Assembly (NCBI GenBank): GCA_040954595.2
Contig: CM082587.2
Coordinates: 9,305,403-9,369,402 of the forward strand
Source: Balanoglossus misakiensis
Taxonomy: Eukaryota; Animalia; Hemichordata
DNA length: 64,000 nt
Direction: 5' to 3'
Notes under the pieces: generated by a model
The model's input: only the letters and a program-made list of their open reading frames with translations
Told to the model about the DNA's origin: nothing
Database searches by the model: none
Part shown: one piece after another, positions 44,317 through 58,818 of the stretch
Layout: each line of letters begins with the position of its first letter
How positions within the stretch are numbered: the stretch's first letter is position 1
Position numbers and translations under genes: made by a program

Positions 44317-45651
44317 ATGTGGACTGTATTATTATATTAATATTATATTATGTTATTTTATGTTACAGTCGCAAAATGAAGACATCAGTGAGTTGAAGTC
44401 GTTGACCCTCAATGCTGCAGTTCTGGTAGAGGAAGGTAAAATACGTAGTTTACGTAACATTGATCCTCACTATCGTCAGCTGTTACGATCTCGACCATTA
44501 GATCCTGCAAGTGGTAACAAAATGAAAGACATTAATAAGCTGTATCAATACTTGGATAATGGTGTGAAAGAAGTGAATGCAGTGTTGGATGAGCAATGGG
44601 AAGTTTATCAAGACAAACAACGCTCTGGTGCAAGGTTAGTGCTTCTCTGCCTTATCTTAGGCCAAATAAATAATATATGCTGTTCCGATTACATGGTCTT
44701 CAAAAATAGGGTACGTAGGTAGGTAGGGAAATTTTTTTATTTTGCAATTTGTTTTATATCTTTGGCCGCTGTAGTGTAGAAAATGACGTCATAGTTCTTG
44801 CGTGGTGCCTGTGATTTTGTCATAGTTCTCGCGTGATTTCGTATATTTCACATCGTTATTTTTACTTTCGGGTTTACAAAGCTCTAAAAAGTTTAGGGTC
44901 AGTGGGTTAAAATTAGGGTAGGTCGGGTAACCGGAACAGCACATATTTTTTATTTTGGCCTTATTACATGCCTTGCTGTTTAGGCAAAATCATTGTATGG
45001 ATTTTAATAGAACAAGGAATTTGATGTGAACTTTTAATTTACAAGACCATGATGCAATCAAACTACTGAACTTGGAATGACTTCTACACTTTCAGCCACC
45101 ACTCCTCATCAAACTTATTAATTAGTAATTGACCACAATTGTATTTCTACTGTATCTGTGAATATGAACAGGAAATTGCAGAGTCCAGCTACTGACACAG
45201 TGTACCATGTGATCAGTAATAACCACAATCTCATCCAGAATGAAAGTAGAAGGTTGCAAGAATTAAAAGAACAACTACAGAAATTGAAGCTGTATAATTC
45301 AACGTCTTCATGGACTAGTAGTTACAAGCAGAGGTAGGTATGCCTCTCCTTCCAGGGTACCTTTGAATTAAAGTCACAAGGCTTATCTTTTCATCATCTG
45401 TTTTCGGATACTTGACATGTATGCAGTGAAGAATTAGCCAAATCACAGGCAAGGCCACACCCATGCACTTCTGATTAAAATTGAAAAAAGGGAAATGTGG
45501 TCAGCGTCAGTGTTAGGGTGGGTGCTTTGACAATATGAATGTGCTTGTGTGTGTTACCAGTTGTTCAGTTCTGACTACTGTATTATCACTGTTATTTATC
45601 ATCCACTGTGCTTTCAAAGCAACTAGTGCAATGTACATAAGCATTTAGATT

Positions 45652-45706
<55 letters not shown>

Positions 45707-48700
45707 ACATTTCCTAGGACTTCAGCTATGAGTCAATGCAAGGCAATTTACTGAGATTGAATACATTGCATCACAGGGCCCGGGGACTCACAAATTGATA
45801 GTCATGATATATTTGACCAGCATTTCAATTTTTTCTTCATATAGAGACTCTGAGCTGTCATCCCTGGCTGCAAGTTTGAGAGAAACAAAGTTAATGCCAT
45901 CATCAAAGTTAACAAGAACTCCAGGTGGGTATATTATGTGTATTAGCCATCACATTTGGCTGTGACTTTTTGCAAGTCAAGAACATTTTCACTGTACATT
46001 GACTGAACTAGTTGGATTCAAAACCTGCCAAAGAATCATTCAATCAATCAACAAATTTATATGGCACCAAAATCCAGAAGTTCTGTTCAGTGGCGCCCGA
46101 TAGTTGTTCACACACCATAGTCTTTTTTCAAACGAATATGTCTTTAGTTTTCTCTCTAAAGAGTCCAGATTGGGAGCTTGACGAATGTCATTAGGCAGTG
46201 AGTTCCAGAGCTTTGGAGCAGCATAAGAAAATGCACGTCCTCCATAGTTGACTTGTTTGTAATGTGTTATTGTCAGAAGGTTCTTTTTCTGAGACCTTAA
46301 GCTGCGTGAAGGGGTATATCGATTAACCATGTCAGATATGTACTCCAGTGTAAGGCCATGAATGGCCTTATATGTAAGAAGCAAGATCTTGTACTCAATC
46401 CTGGCACAAACTGGTAGCCAATGCAGAGTGATAAGAGCGGGAGTGATATGTTCAAACTTCTTCAAATGGGTGATGATTCTGGCTGCTGTGCTTTGTGAGC
46501 GCTGAAGTAGATTTATTGCAGATTGAGGAAGACCAAACAGTAATGAATTGCAGAGGTACTCTGCCATACACATGCAGATAGATTGGTTTTGAAACATGAT
46601 CCCATATAGCATTGTTCTCACTGCCTTACTGCTTCGATATCTGTGATGCAGTCATGCATTTGAGTGTATTTTATAATCAGTATTTTCCATTCATTTCCAG
46701 TATGATCGAAATGTTCTTTCTCAGTTCTATAAGAGAAAGGGCATAATGCTATCCCTACAGATTGCACATATGGACAATAAAGTGACTACTGAACCCTGCA
46801 TTTGTATTTAACAAATTTCACTCAAAGATAATCACATTGTGTACTAAGTAATGCAGGCTATGCATATTCAATCTGAAAAATGGTTAAGTATTGCCATTCA
46901 TCATATAGTTGTAAAGATTCCAATCTTTGAACTTTCCATTTTGCTCTCAGTGTCTGGCAAGAAACAAACTCAACTTAGAGAAATATTATCACAAAGACAG
47001 ATGACTCCAACCAGATCCAGAGCACAAGGTGAGTGTCTTCTGAATGCTCTTGCTAAAATACTTTGTTCTATGCCAGGATACATGCAAACTGCAAAACAAT
47101 TTTATTAGAAAATAACTCTGCTGTCAGTGGAAGGTGACATTTAAAACTGTACTCTTATGGCAAAGTAAATCCTGATTTCAAGACATGCCTGGCCCTGAGA
47201 AATAACATCATAAATGAGTTTGAAAAATTGCACTGCTTTCAGAGATTATGGGCTGTAGACTGCAAGTAATTTCTGAAGCTGTGCGTATAAATAGCTGTGT
47301 GTGGTATTACAGCGCTGGTCAATTTCGCTTGTAGTTTCACTGTTCGGCAGAGACTAATAATTTGATTGCAACGTACAAGTTTTTTGCATGGCACACACAT
47401 TTAATCTGATGATCTTGGTCACTCAGAAGAATTTTTTTTTAAACCTGCATTTGTAATCCCTGAAAGTTTTGGCGGTTTAGGAGATTGACATGATTTGTAA
47501 GTCATGGATCTTGCCAACTGTACATACTTGTGCTGTTTTCAGGTTCTCCAAGCATAATATCACCCGAGTACCTGAGACACCGAGCACGAACATCACCTCT
47601 GGATAGATTGGCAGAAGATGATGCCAGTCACAGTGACACTGGCATTAACATTAAACTCCAACCAATATTCAGTGCAGCAGTGTCAGAGGAATCTAGACCA
47701 GAACAATCAGGCCCAGTAGAAAGTACCACACAAATGACAAAACCAGTATTCACAGTGTCCAAAACATCATCTGCATCATCAGCAGCACCGTGGACTTCAA
47801 TGATCAGACCCCCTGCAACTGCAACTACCATGAGTGTTCATGTAGGGCTACCCAGAAGTGTCATGTCAGCACCAAATCTTCAAAAGATTCCTGTAGCCAC
47901 ATCACAGGCAGATAAACCAGCAAGCACAGCAGCACAGACGCAGCAAGAACCCGTTCCACTGACACAGATGCCTAGGAAGTCACAGAAAATATCGTCACCA
48001 CTATTGCAGCAAATGGGAATGCTTGGACCATTAACAGCTCCACCAAGTCAGAATAGTGCCGTGTCCAAGCCGACTTCTACTTTACCTTCCGCACAGAAAG
48101 CTGCACTCATACCTCCACCAATCAGTCATTCAACACCTCAAGGTATCGACGCAAAGCAACAGCACCACACACCGTCCACATTTCCAGCACAAGTGACAGC
48201 AACAGCTAAACAGAAACCACTGTTCACAGCAAGTCCTCTGCCAACTCTGCAAAGTGGGACAACGGCAGCAACTTCATCGTTTGTAACAACCGGTTCTGGA
48301 ACAGTTGTGTGGGGATCCTCGCCAAGTACAAAAGTGGAAATGTTGCCAAAAGAAGCAGCTGCCCGTGCAGCCATGGAAAGACAGGCAGCCACTGCAAGTC
48401 AAAGCAGAGCTGAAGCCAGAGAACAAGACAAAATACCACCTGTGGTCAATATTAAAAACATTGATACCAAAGGTGCTACTGGTAATATGACAATCGCTGA
48501 AGTTGATAGGTATGTTTCATTTATCATTTGTAAATCAGTTTAACATTAAAGCCCCATGAGCTGCAACTTGAGATAATTATCATAATTTTTTTTTTCAAAG
48601 TGAACTACCATTATCCCGTACAGTATATGCAATTATTATACATCTGGCACCGAGAAAGAGATACAGAAGTTGTATGACAGAATTTTGGGAAAATCAGTTT

Positions 48701-51700
48701 TTTTTGTGGACGCACGGTATACTTTTTGAACATACATTTACCATTTCTTTTATATCCACACATTCAGAGGTGGCTCTTGTTTCTGTGTATAGATCATCCA
48801 GATAAACATTGAAATTCAGTTCCCACTAAGACCAACATTCTTTGTCTACTCAGGAGCAATAGTGTTAGTCACGTAAACAGTTTGCCCATAAATTCTCATG
48901 TCTTGGAATTTGGTGTTGAGGAGATCATCCACAGCATCTTGCCAAGTTTTAATTCATTTGAATGAATTTAGATGGACATGTCCATGGTTAGAGACTGTGC
49001 CAAGGCCTTGTAAGACGTCATTGTCAACTTCATACATTGACTGGAAAATCCATTGTTTGAGGGCGCTCCCCTTTTTACAAAGAGATGAAGAAGGAAAATT
49101 ATCACATGAACTGGCTCATATTTCCACCTGTGTGACGTAGACCACGACAGAAAAAAATCCATATTCCCCCTTTTCTACATCATCAACTGGAACTATTTCC
49201 ACCGATTCGCCGAGTGAGCGAGCACCTCAGCTCAGTCAGGTCTGAGGCGAGTGAGCAAACATATTCCTGAAATGGTTTCGAGCCAGTTCAGCGCGTGACA
49301 AATGAACCTTTATATTCCACCAGTCATCAAAAAGTATGAGGTGGAAACAAGTTGCAGTAAAATTGTTAGAGAATCAATAAAATTTGTGTATGATCCCAGG
49401 CTGAGATTCTGTTGCCACGATCTTTTGGATTTCTGCGGAAACACCAACTGACTGCACTGATTTGACCTCGGTGACGTCACAAATGCAACTATGGTACTGT
49501 AAATATAATCCTGCTAACAGTAATATCCCATCGATCAAAGTAACAAGTGCAAATGCTGTACATGTCTGCCAGTCTTTGTGACCAAATTGAGAATTCTGAA
49601 GTAACATATCGATTTTGTGACAATGTTTAGTTCCCAGGTTGATGCTGGCACTGCAAAGGTTGTATCTGAAGTGTTAGCTGAAATAGCTGCCACATCTGTC
49701 AAAACACCTGCTGAGTCCACAACCAATGAAACTGTGAGTTACATCTCTAGAGTTCCACCACTTGGTACATTTGCATGTGTTACGTTAATAGAAGAAGGAT
49801 GTATGAACACATTTGAATGTTTCACATGTTATGTTTCATCACCGTTTATGGTACATTAACCAAGAGTTTTAAATTCTTGTTGAATTTGATCTCAGGAATT
49901 TGTGGCCAGTGCAGTATCATCATTAAAGACTCCGAGTCCAAGTGTATCAACATCCATTTCCACCACCACCACAACAACAACAACAACTGGCCCAGGGTTC
50001 ATGTTTGGTATTCAGAATACCACTCCTTCAATTAGTACTTCCAGAGTACCATCTTCAGGTAAGTTTACATTTTGTACCAGCCATTTAAGGAAGTATGATC
50101 AGTAAAGATGACAATATTTTCCATTTCTATTTCATACGTTTCCTTTTTTGATGAATGAAGCATGTACCGGGGTATGTAAGATACACACTGTGCTATATAG
50201 TATTATATTTCAGTTTCAATTACTTGTACTGTATTGTACGGTCATTATTGAATGGATTGTTTCATTATGACAATATTATTTGGCCCTACCAGGGCATATT
50301 AAATTAAGTTCACGTCTTGCTATATTTCCAGGAAATGGTTTTAGTTTCAAGACATCCAGCAGTGCACCAAATTTCCTTTCAAAAGCAAATGAAACTAGTG
50401 ATAATAAAGGTAAATAGCAATTCACACAGACAATTGGAATCTTCCTAGCATCTTATTTTGAGACAAAAATCTTGTTGCCATGACCCTGTAATGCAAGAGT
50501 TGTGAAGTACATTGACTATGCCCATTGTGTGTATTTATGAGACTTGTACGTGTATCGCTTGTGACACATTTTCTGTATGAGACTGCGTAGGTAAATGGGA
50601 AACAGAAGCATTCATTTTGTGGGGAGTAGCAATCACCAATAGGCCACAAATGACCACCATGTGACCTGTACATCCTGGTATTTTCTTGCTATGAGTTTAC
50701 ATATTTTGAGTTTAAATTCTGGACCAGTCAATCACACTATTGAATTTGTGCACCCATCCTAGACCAAAAAAGTGATTGTTTACTGTTAAAAAAGGTGACT
50801 ATTATATATAATTATAATGTTGAATGATGTATGATGTCATACTAACAAAACACCTGGATGTAATGTAACTCAGGGGTCACGAAATTTGCCTATTATTGAT
50901 AATTAGAAAAAAATGGGCAATGGCATTTACAATATTCAAATAAAATGCCAAATAAAAAAAGACTTTGATTGTGGCCGTACTTTTAAACATGAACAAGTTA
51001 AATAATAAACGGATGCCCCACCAGTTTATTCAGCCACCCATTGCAATGAGTACACAACTATCGTCATACACATACACAGGTAGACGAATCTCAACACATT
51101 CTAAGAATAAGGAAAAGGCTGGAGTATTTTTTAGATTAAATTTGAAGATATACTTAGGAATAGGATGGGGCATGCGTATCTTTTTGCTGGTTGCTATGGG
51201 CCTTTATAGGACGGTACACTCAGTTTTGAAGAAAATCACTATGAACGTCCGATCAAAGGCTTGTAAGTGGTTGAAAATATGCATGATTGTGATCACATCC
51301 CATGACCCGAGTATGGCTACTCTAACTACAACTTGGCCATAGCAGCCGTTACACAAGCATACATTGTAAGGTCAAGCATCAGTCTGCGCAGACATGTGCA
51401 TTCTGTAACCACAATAACTGGATCACACTAAAAAAATCCAATGATTTTGTTCACTGAGATTGTGTATCATACGCAAAAATCCCTAATGCTTTTTTCACAG
51501 ACTGCGTAGCCCAGTCAACTTTGACCTGTTGATAGAGAATACACTTAGTACAGCGTGAAGGACCATTTTTTTTTGTTATACTTGTGGTTAGAAGCGATAC
51601 TGGTGAAATAGTCTGTCTGAAAACATTCAAAATCGATGATTTTTTCAGGGGTGGTATGTGTTTGATGAAATCCACTGATGTGGCAACCATATTCGAAAAC

Positions 51701-54700
51701 AAAATCCTTCACAGTCTTCTCTGGTTCGAGCAACTAATGAATATGTATCAAATTTGGTTTTGAGGTCACAGAATAAAAAGCCTAGTAGTGTTTTGAATTT
51801 TGTACTATCTAATTTGCATATCAGTGCCATCAGGAGGTGCACGCTCACAATCATGCAGATTTTGGTTTCATCCAAACTGTGAAATTTGGTGTCCCAAAAC
51901 AGCCCATGTCACTGGCAAAAAGATACAGGTGTTCCATCTCAAAGTGGCCGCTATCAGGACTTCAACATTGATCATTGATTGTTAACATGTCATTGCAGAT
52001 GGCAAAGATGAGGCTAGGAAAGACCCGGATGAAAACCAAACAAGTTCAAGCAATGTAGACAGTGTACCTAAACCTGGTGCTTTCTTCTTTACTGGTGAGC
52101 AACTTGTACAAAGTTGGGGCATTTGGAGAGTGACAGCACAGATATTATCAAAGCAAAGGATAAACCAAACATAAAATGATAGTTAAATAATAACACATGT
52201 TAATCAAGGGCAATATTTTGACTTTCAGTATGCAGGGGGTGATGTCTGACCATCTTGATGATGGCCAAACAGTCACTTTTGTATAATGTTTTAGCACACT
52301 TCCTGTCATGTTTCCTGGCAGAATTCATGCATATAACGTGCAGACACGTGCAATTGGAGTAGAGCATACATTGAATCGTTTACAAAACCACATACCTGTA
52401 CTTCCACCCTAAAAGTACTATGCTACATATCATAATTCTGAGTCTATTACTTTCTTTTACCACCCTTTTTAATGAGTTTATATATTTATTTATTTCTCCT
52501 CAGATGCATCATCAGTTGGAAAAACCAGCAGTGGAACAGCACTGCAGTCTGGCTCTGATAAACCATTTGCTGCAGCAATTACTAAACCGTTGACTGTGAC
52601 AACTTCATCTGTATCTGGTACAGCTGATGTAGCACCCGGTACAACCACTGTCATGCCTACAAATACAACTGGATTGGATTCTACAGGAAAAGTGTCTGGC
52701 CCACTTTCGATGTCTTCACTGCTCAGCAAACCAGTGCCTCCAGACAGCGAATCGACTTTGGGAACAACAGCAGATGTTGCAGCCAGTGTTGCTGCTACAA
52801 CTAGCGAAACAGCAACCACAACACAGTCAACAGTAGCTGCAATCCCTGCGACCACTCCTACTACTATGACAATTTCTGAACCCACTAAACCTGCTGCAAA
52901 AGTGACTGCATCGAATGCTACTACAAGCGTGGGTGTTTCTGACCTTGGAAATGTGGTCTCCCAGGAGTCAGCATCATCTGAAGCGAATATACTTCACTCT
53001 ACTAAAACAGCACCATCTGCAACACAGGGCACTCCATCAAATACAGCAGCAACTACTTTAGCAGCAGCAACTGGTAGTGTGTTCAGACAAACATCTTCAT
53101 CAGCTGATGGTCAGTCAGAGACAGGAGGGGGATTATTTGGCTCCACTGTGGGGGGAGTAGCGCTACCCTCCTCTCAGTCAATAAAACCGGTTGCATCATC
53201 TTCAACCACTACGCCACCATCTGGGTTGAGTTTAAGCAGTACTTCGGGTGTAAGCCAAACCACTACAAGCAATACAGGTGATTCACACTTGATCATTACT
53301 GATGATGGGCCTAGAATTACTGAATATACTGTAAACCACTTTATTTTCGCGAGTTAAAATTTTCGCGACATCGAGAGAGGCCACTATTTCGCGAGTATTA
53401 ATTTTCGCGTTCTCTTATTTCATTTATTTTCACGCTATTTTGGCTCGCGTATTTTGCGAAAATTTATTGCTCGTGAAAATAAAGTGTTTTACAGTATTAA
53501 GACTTCCCATTATCAAAGTGAGAGATGGCTATGGAAAGAATAAGGTGGTTCTCCTCTTTGTCAATGTCAAACGCGGTCAATTTATGATGCTGAGCCAAAA
53601 TTCTGTCTATTCAGAACCATATCATCATGTGTGCTCTCTAACATGTGGTTGTAAACTCTGAGTTAAAGTGAAGGGGTCTTCGCGCCACGTTTGTTTGTTT
53701 ATAAACATTACAATACATCCACAAATCTGTGAAATTAGATAATTCTTAGAATGAACGAAGCAGCCAACCATAGTGTAGACTGGGCATGACAGCAACTGAA
53801 GATCCTAGTAGGTCGTGGCGACTGCAGTGAGGTTTGTGCTGGTATGGGAGGACATATTCTCATCAAGGGGGACACCCTCGCGGCGCGAAGACCCCTTCCC
53901 TTTAAATAAGGCATAGCAGAAATTACTTGGCCCATACGATCTTTACAAAGAGAGAATTCTTTAATATGGGTTTATGGACATACATTGTACTCAAGTGCCG
54001 TGATGCTGCAAAAAGCTTGTCCACTGCTGTGGAATCTTTCTACAGTTCTACTTTTTAGGCGCAGTGTTCATATGCATTCATTTGTATTTCATATAACCAT
54101 GGAGGATTGATTTATGCAAGATGGGCACATCCAAAAAAAGTTGGCAGATAAAATTTCACATGGATTAACTCAGACATAAACTTGTATTCACAACAATTTC
54201 AGCTGACTCACAACCGATTTCAATTTTGCAGGCTTTGGATCATTTTTCAGTCAACCCACATCAACAACTAGTAGTGGTCTGTTTGGACAATCAGCAACTG
54301 CAACATCTAAGCCAAGTATATTTGGACAATCCACATCAACCTCTTCAAGCAGTGGTCTATTTGGACAGACGGCAGAAACTACTTCAAGTGGCGGTCTATT
54401 CGGGCGACAGGCTGCAACTACTTCACAGGGTGGTCTATTTGGACAAACAACATCTACTTCAGGCGGTGGTGGTCTTTTTGGACAAGCAACAACTTCCTCA
54501 GGCTTGTTTGGATCTGGCACATCTACTTTCAGTCAAGCACCGTCTGGGTCCTTATTTGGCCAACAGTTGCCGGCTACAGCTTCAGCTGGATTTGGTCAGC
54601 CATCAACCTTGAGCAGCGGTTCTTTTCTTGGTGCTGGCAGTGGCATGTTCAGTGGTCTTGGTGGCAAACCAAGCACAGAGGCTGCAAACAAGAATCCCTT

Positions 54701-57700
54701 TGGCAATGCACCTACTTCTTCATTTGGAAATGCAAGTGAATGTAAGTCGTCCCAAAGCAGACTTTTCATTTCATGTTTAAGGATGTGCACGCAGAACGTA
54801 AACCGGTAAACTGTGCGAACTTGTGCGTATGTGTCTCTTCCCATAGGATTACATTGAGATTGCTAGAAAACTCGCTTCTACTATTGTCATTTTCACAAAA
54901 TTTTACACATAGCTCAGTCAAGTAAAAATTTCATTGGTCAAATAAAATCGTATGAGACGCTCTATTTTGAGATAAACTTTGTTAAATGTTTTGCCCATAG
55001 ACAAAACGACTGGCGAAAAAATGCGGACTCAGCAGTTTTGGTCAATTATCGACTAATATTCTCAGCTTTGTATTTCAAAAACAAGCAGGATGACCACTAT
55101 ATTTATTACAGAAACTTATTATGCTTAAAAAGGAGAAATTCAAATCCACAATGAAAAGAAATGACAATACTGTCTGTCAATTTTACTGATCATACATCCT
55201 TAAAACTTTACTTTCAATTAGTGGTGTCCTGGAGGATGTGTGCCTCGGACAATACTTAAGCTGTATCGGCATAAAACTTGGTATTTTGTGAATAATATTA
55301 TACTGTGTGCACGTTCCTTGCAAATGCTGAATTTGAGATAACAGGTTTGTTAATATCAAGTAGATGCAAAGAGCACAATCCAGCAGAGATCACTGCCTTC
55401 CATTCAGAGACTTTAAATATGCACTTCAGTCAAGTGCAGGCAACTCCGCAAGTTTACATTTTAAAAATAATCTGAAGGAATACAAGTATATCTTGTTTAT
55501 TCTATGTCCATTTTCCAGCATCGGTTGTATTTGGTAGTGGTGGTGCCAAGTCATTTGGTGATAGTGGTAAGTCATTCTTTTGTCAAATCGTTCATCTTCA
55601 CATATCAAAATATATAAAAAATTTCCAGGAGTCAGATTGTTGAATTTTACTGGCTTCTATAGATTTCTGTAGAAGTCTATACATGATTCTAGTTAATTTG
55701 AAATATGGAAAGTAATGCCCAGATCGAGACAAGGTTATACCAATTACCTAGGAATTCTGGACTATTCTGCTGTTATATCTAGTCAATACAAGCTACTCAT
55801 ATTTGTACTGGCCACCAATAATATGCTTTTTGGTCAAAGTGAAAGTTTCACATTTATTTAAATATTAATTTATAGGTCAAGGTAGTTTCAGTGGCAGCTT
55901 TTCTGCAGCAAGTACTGGTGGCGTTGGTACAGCTGGCTTTGGAGCAGTTCAGAATCCACAACAAACAGGTATTCTATGATGTTCATGGTGTTTTGATATT
56001 TCCATCACAAGTTGAACACACTTCGGTCAATTCTGCCACAGTAATACTTCTAGTTCTATATCTTCCCAAAGGGACCATAAATGTTTTGATAAGTGATTGG
56101 TTCCTATAGTTTCTCAAAAAAATCTCTACTGTCTCAACTGAAAACATAGATAAAATATGAAAATATAAATATTTCTTTGAAATTGGCTATCTCAAGCAAG
56201 TTAGTGTATGTTTGCCATTGAAAACTTTGAATGGTACAAAATGACTGTGCACACAGTTTGTGCACATTGAAAATGTGCCATGCGCTAAGAGGGCGCACTT
56301 TGCCGATTTCTGACTGATCACATACCTGCACTTATCACATAAAACACTGTGGGCTGCCTGTTGTGATCTTTACAGTTACATATTGTAGCTTTTTTTTCAC
56401 CTGGTGGAAACAAAAGTCTTTCTATTATGTTGACTGGTAAATACTGTGTAACCAGTGAATCAAATACACCAAGCCTGAATTACGTGATTTTAAACACCGG
56501 ACATTCTTTGAAAAACAGACTTTTTTTGTCAATTATGCTTTCATGTCAACCATGTGTTTTACATGAATCATAACTTAGATTATCAATTACATTGTGTATA
56601 TGATTGTTATTCTACCAGTGGGTGTAGAATGACACATCTCTTTGATGTCCTTTCTGACATCATCACTTCAAAGATAACTAATTTGCCAAATTCTAACAGA
56701 ACACATGCTAAACACCATGCATTGCAGAACTATTTATTAACCAAATTGACCTTAGTATTCAGAAACTGGCTTCATTGTGTCCATATAATTATAAGTGATA
56801 TTGACCCAGTGTATTTCTTGTCTTCTATGACTGGACAAGTTGGGTCAGTCAAACCTTCCCGGGTATGCCATATGAATGATTTCATTCGACAATTGCAGAG
56901 GATGCAATTGATTTCCGGTTTCCCACAGTGCGACTGATAATCTGGCTTTACTCCGAGTATTGTGAGGTGGCCTAATCAAAAACACCTGTGTTCTGTCTAC
57001 TTCAGGAGCAACAAGTGGTTTTGGTGGCAGTGCTGCATTCGGTGGATCCCCTTCATTTGGTTCTCCTCCAGCATTTGGTTCCCAACCCGTCTTTGGCAGC
57101 AGTAGTCCTACCTTTCCAAACACAGCCACCAGTGGCTCTGTTTTTGGAGCATCTTCAACCATGGCTAGTGGCTTTGCAAGGCAAGTGAAAATAACAAACT
57201 TTAGATGAGTTTTCAGCATTGTCAAGATTATTTACCAAATAATTTGTAAATTTAGACACAGTATTCAAGCCAGGATCCTCAGTCTTGTACTATTATGCTA
57301 ATATCGATTGTCTCTTGAGTCAAATGACAGGTTAGGTTTGATGTTTCAGTTTGTCAACTGTTTTATGGAGAGGCATTCCTAAACATGGGTCACCTCCAGT
57401 TGTATATATACACATACACCATTTGATGTACATTGTACTATTTTAATACAGGTCGTTGTTTTCCGTGGAAAATTTCTGATAAACAAGATAAGATTCTGAT
57501 TATCTTTAATGAGAAATATGTTTCTTTCAAACTGAAGGTAAACCAGCCATAGATTACATGGTTGTTGGCAGTTGCACAGTTGTTTATGCATGACAAAATA
57601 ACTCTCTCATGCACATGTATATAACTGACTGTCATCACCAAGTGTGCAAGTTGTTGTTAACTTGCAATCTGTGACAATAATTTCAGCCTGGCAAATAGTA

Positions 57701-58818
57701 ACACGTCACCTACATTTGGAGGATTGGCAGCTCAGTCACCAGCGGCACCAACCTTTGGTTCACTCACTGCTCAGCAAGATCAGCCAGCAGGTTTTGGTAG
57801 TGCAGCTTCAAATTTTGGTTCTCCTGCAGCATTTGGAGGTTGGTGCAGATTTACTTCTGTCTATTATGACCTCATTGTGGAATTCTTCCACCTGTTTCCG
57901 TCATCAGTTTGCGCTCTTCATCAAAACTGTCTGTTTGGGTTTAGAGCTAAAATGTTAATGACAATCAGTGATCATTACAAGAAACCCCTCAAATTTCTAA
58001 CATAAATGACAATGCCCCAACTGCTATACCTCATGATTTTAACAAGGCCGATGCAAATTTAAAGGTATGCAGTCACCTGTGGATAATTTGCTATAGTTAC
58101 CATGGCAAATTGAGATCTGGCCAATCACAGATTTTCAGTGGGTGGCACCTGCGAAAAAAAGAGCGCCACCATTTGTTCTTTAGAATGCTCAAATACGCCA
58201 TTTCAGCCAAATATGGGCGTATGTAAATTGGAGGTGACTGTATATGTACCTTTAAATAGCAGCAACTGTGAGTGGTCGTGACAGTGTCAAGAAGAATCAC
58301 ATATCAGTAACAATATGGAAATAGTCATGGTTATTGATGTGGTGTCATTATTTGAAGTTGTCAGTATGCAATCTTATCCAGAATTCTTTTGAATGTCATA
58401 ATTTTATAGGCTCACCGTCATTCGGTGGTGGAAGTCCTGCTTTTGGTGGTGGTGACCAGAGTAAGCAACAGTAAGTTGAATCTTTCTATGGATTTCTTTT
58501 CAATCATTTTTGAAGAATGTCACAATTTTGCAATACAATGCTTTGGTGAACGTTCAGCTTTGCCGGCCAGACCTGGGCATGTGTAAAGGATGAACACCTC
58601 TCTGCAACAATTGTCTATGGGCCGAGCACCTGGGTCTAATATGCTTTAACTTTGTCTGTGTGGACACAAAGCTACTCAAAGGATTAATCGTCTATGTTTA
58701 CAAATGGCAAATAGTGTCTCTGAAATGTTCTAGTTTTACCCAGTGTGAACATGGTATTAGTTCTTATCTCATATTTCAATGTTATTTTTACCCCTTCAGA
58801 TTTTCTTCATGGAGATAA
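32377..58818 (+). CDS. NUP214: Nuclear pore complex protein Nup214 (beta-propeller, coiled coil, FG-repeat tail), 32 coding exons, ~2241 aa
   Basis: Exons 32377-32430, 33223-33355, 33493-33558, 34694-34845, 35009-35213, 35804-35938, 36990-37087, 37875-37972, 38624-38811, 39610-39762, 40577-40706, 41056-41963, 42096-42383, 43195-43343, 43798-43941, 44369-44634, 45172-45333, 45845-45924, 46951-47028, 47543-48509, 49631-49733, 49896-50058, 50332-50409, 51999-52094, 52504-53277, 54232-54741, 55519-55566, 55876-55968, 57006-57180, 57687-57838, 58410-58470, 58800-58818 sum to 6726 nt. Motifs: LIAVSNKYG, CWSPKGKQ, PPAPIFMSLSTEGFLCPF, LRSRPLDP, GLFGQ repeats, FSGLGGKPS..AANKNPFG and terminal FSSWR*. 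Exons in the low-complexity region are less certain. Confidence 0.93.
40225..40511. mobile_element. MITE family A copy (left end eroded)
   Basis: Ends GAGAGACTTTGTCCCT|TTAA; internal palindrome as in 42717-43063. Confidence 0.8.
41354..41689 (+). repeat. Coding minisatellite: 8 x 42 bp encoding QPGVTS(T/A)SQPIGQF in NUP214 exon 12
   Basis: Near-identical CAACCAGGGGTCACATCT(A/G)CCAGTCAACCCATTGGTCA(G/A)TTT units. Confidence 0.95.
42717..43063. mobile_element. MITE family A, intact copy (palindromic, TTAA TSD, Kolobok-like AG..CT ends)
   Basis: TTAA|AGGGACAAAGTCTCTCTCTCGCTG...CAGCGAGAGAGAGACTTTGTCCCT|TTAA. Confidence 0.9.
44246..44316. repeat. (ATC)n microsatellite, intronic
   Basis: Visible trinucleotide run upstream of the acceptor at 44368. 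Confidence 0.9.
44660..44960. mobile_element. PIF/Harbinger-type MITE (TTA TSD, GGCC termini); related degenerate copy at ~42388-42662
   Basis: TTA|GGCCAAATAAATAATATATGCTGTTCCG...CGGAACAGCACATATTTTTTATTTTGGCC|TTA. Confidence 0.75.
45650..45702. repeat. (TTTA)n microsatellite
   Basis: Visible run. Confidence 0.9.
46039..46570 (-). mobile_element. L2/CR1-group LINE 3' remnant
   Basis: Peptide CNSLLFGLP..LQRSQSTAARII..HITPAL..LHWLPV..RIEYKILLLTYKA..GGRAFSYAAPKLWNSLP is typical of the L2 ORF2 C-terminus; (TTGA)n tail at ~46039-46050. Confidence 0.85.
54781..55199. mobile_element. Complete TTAA-flanked non-autonomous element (GGATGT..ACATCC ends)
   Basis: TTAA|GGATGTG...TACATCC|TTAA; homologous to 7852-8240. 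Confidence 0.75.
58063..58251. mobile_element. TTAA-flanked MITE
   Basis: TTAA|AGGTATGCAGTCACCT...AGGTGACTGTATATGTACCT|TTAA. Confidence 0.65.

Noticed and set aside
44240-44368. Poly-His/poly-Ile ORF start
   Set aside because: Intronic (ATC)n repeat; the real exon begins at the acceptor 44368/44369.
48860-49340. Possible transposon coding remnant in NUP214 intron 20
   Set aside because: The composition looks TE-like, but I could not identify termini, a TSD or a protein motif.
54203-54231. Upstream AG acceptor at 54201-54202 for NUP214 exon 26
   Set aside because: It puts the exon in the non-FG frame, which ends at a stop at 54612; the acceptor at 54231 gives the GLFGQ repeats.
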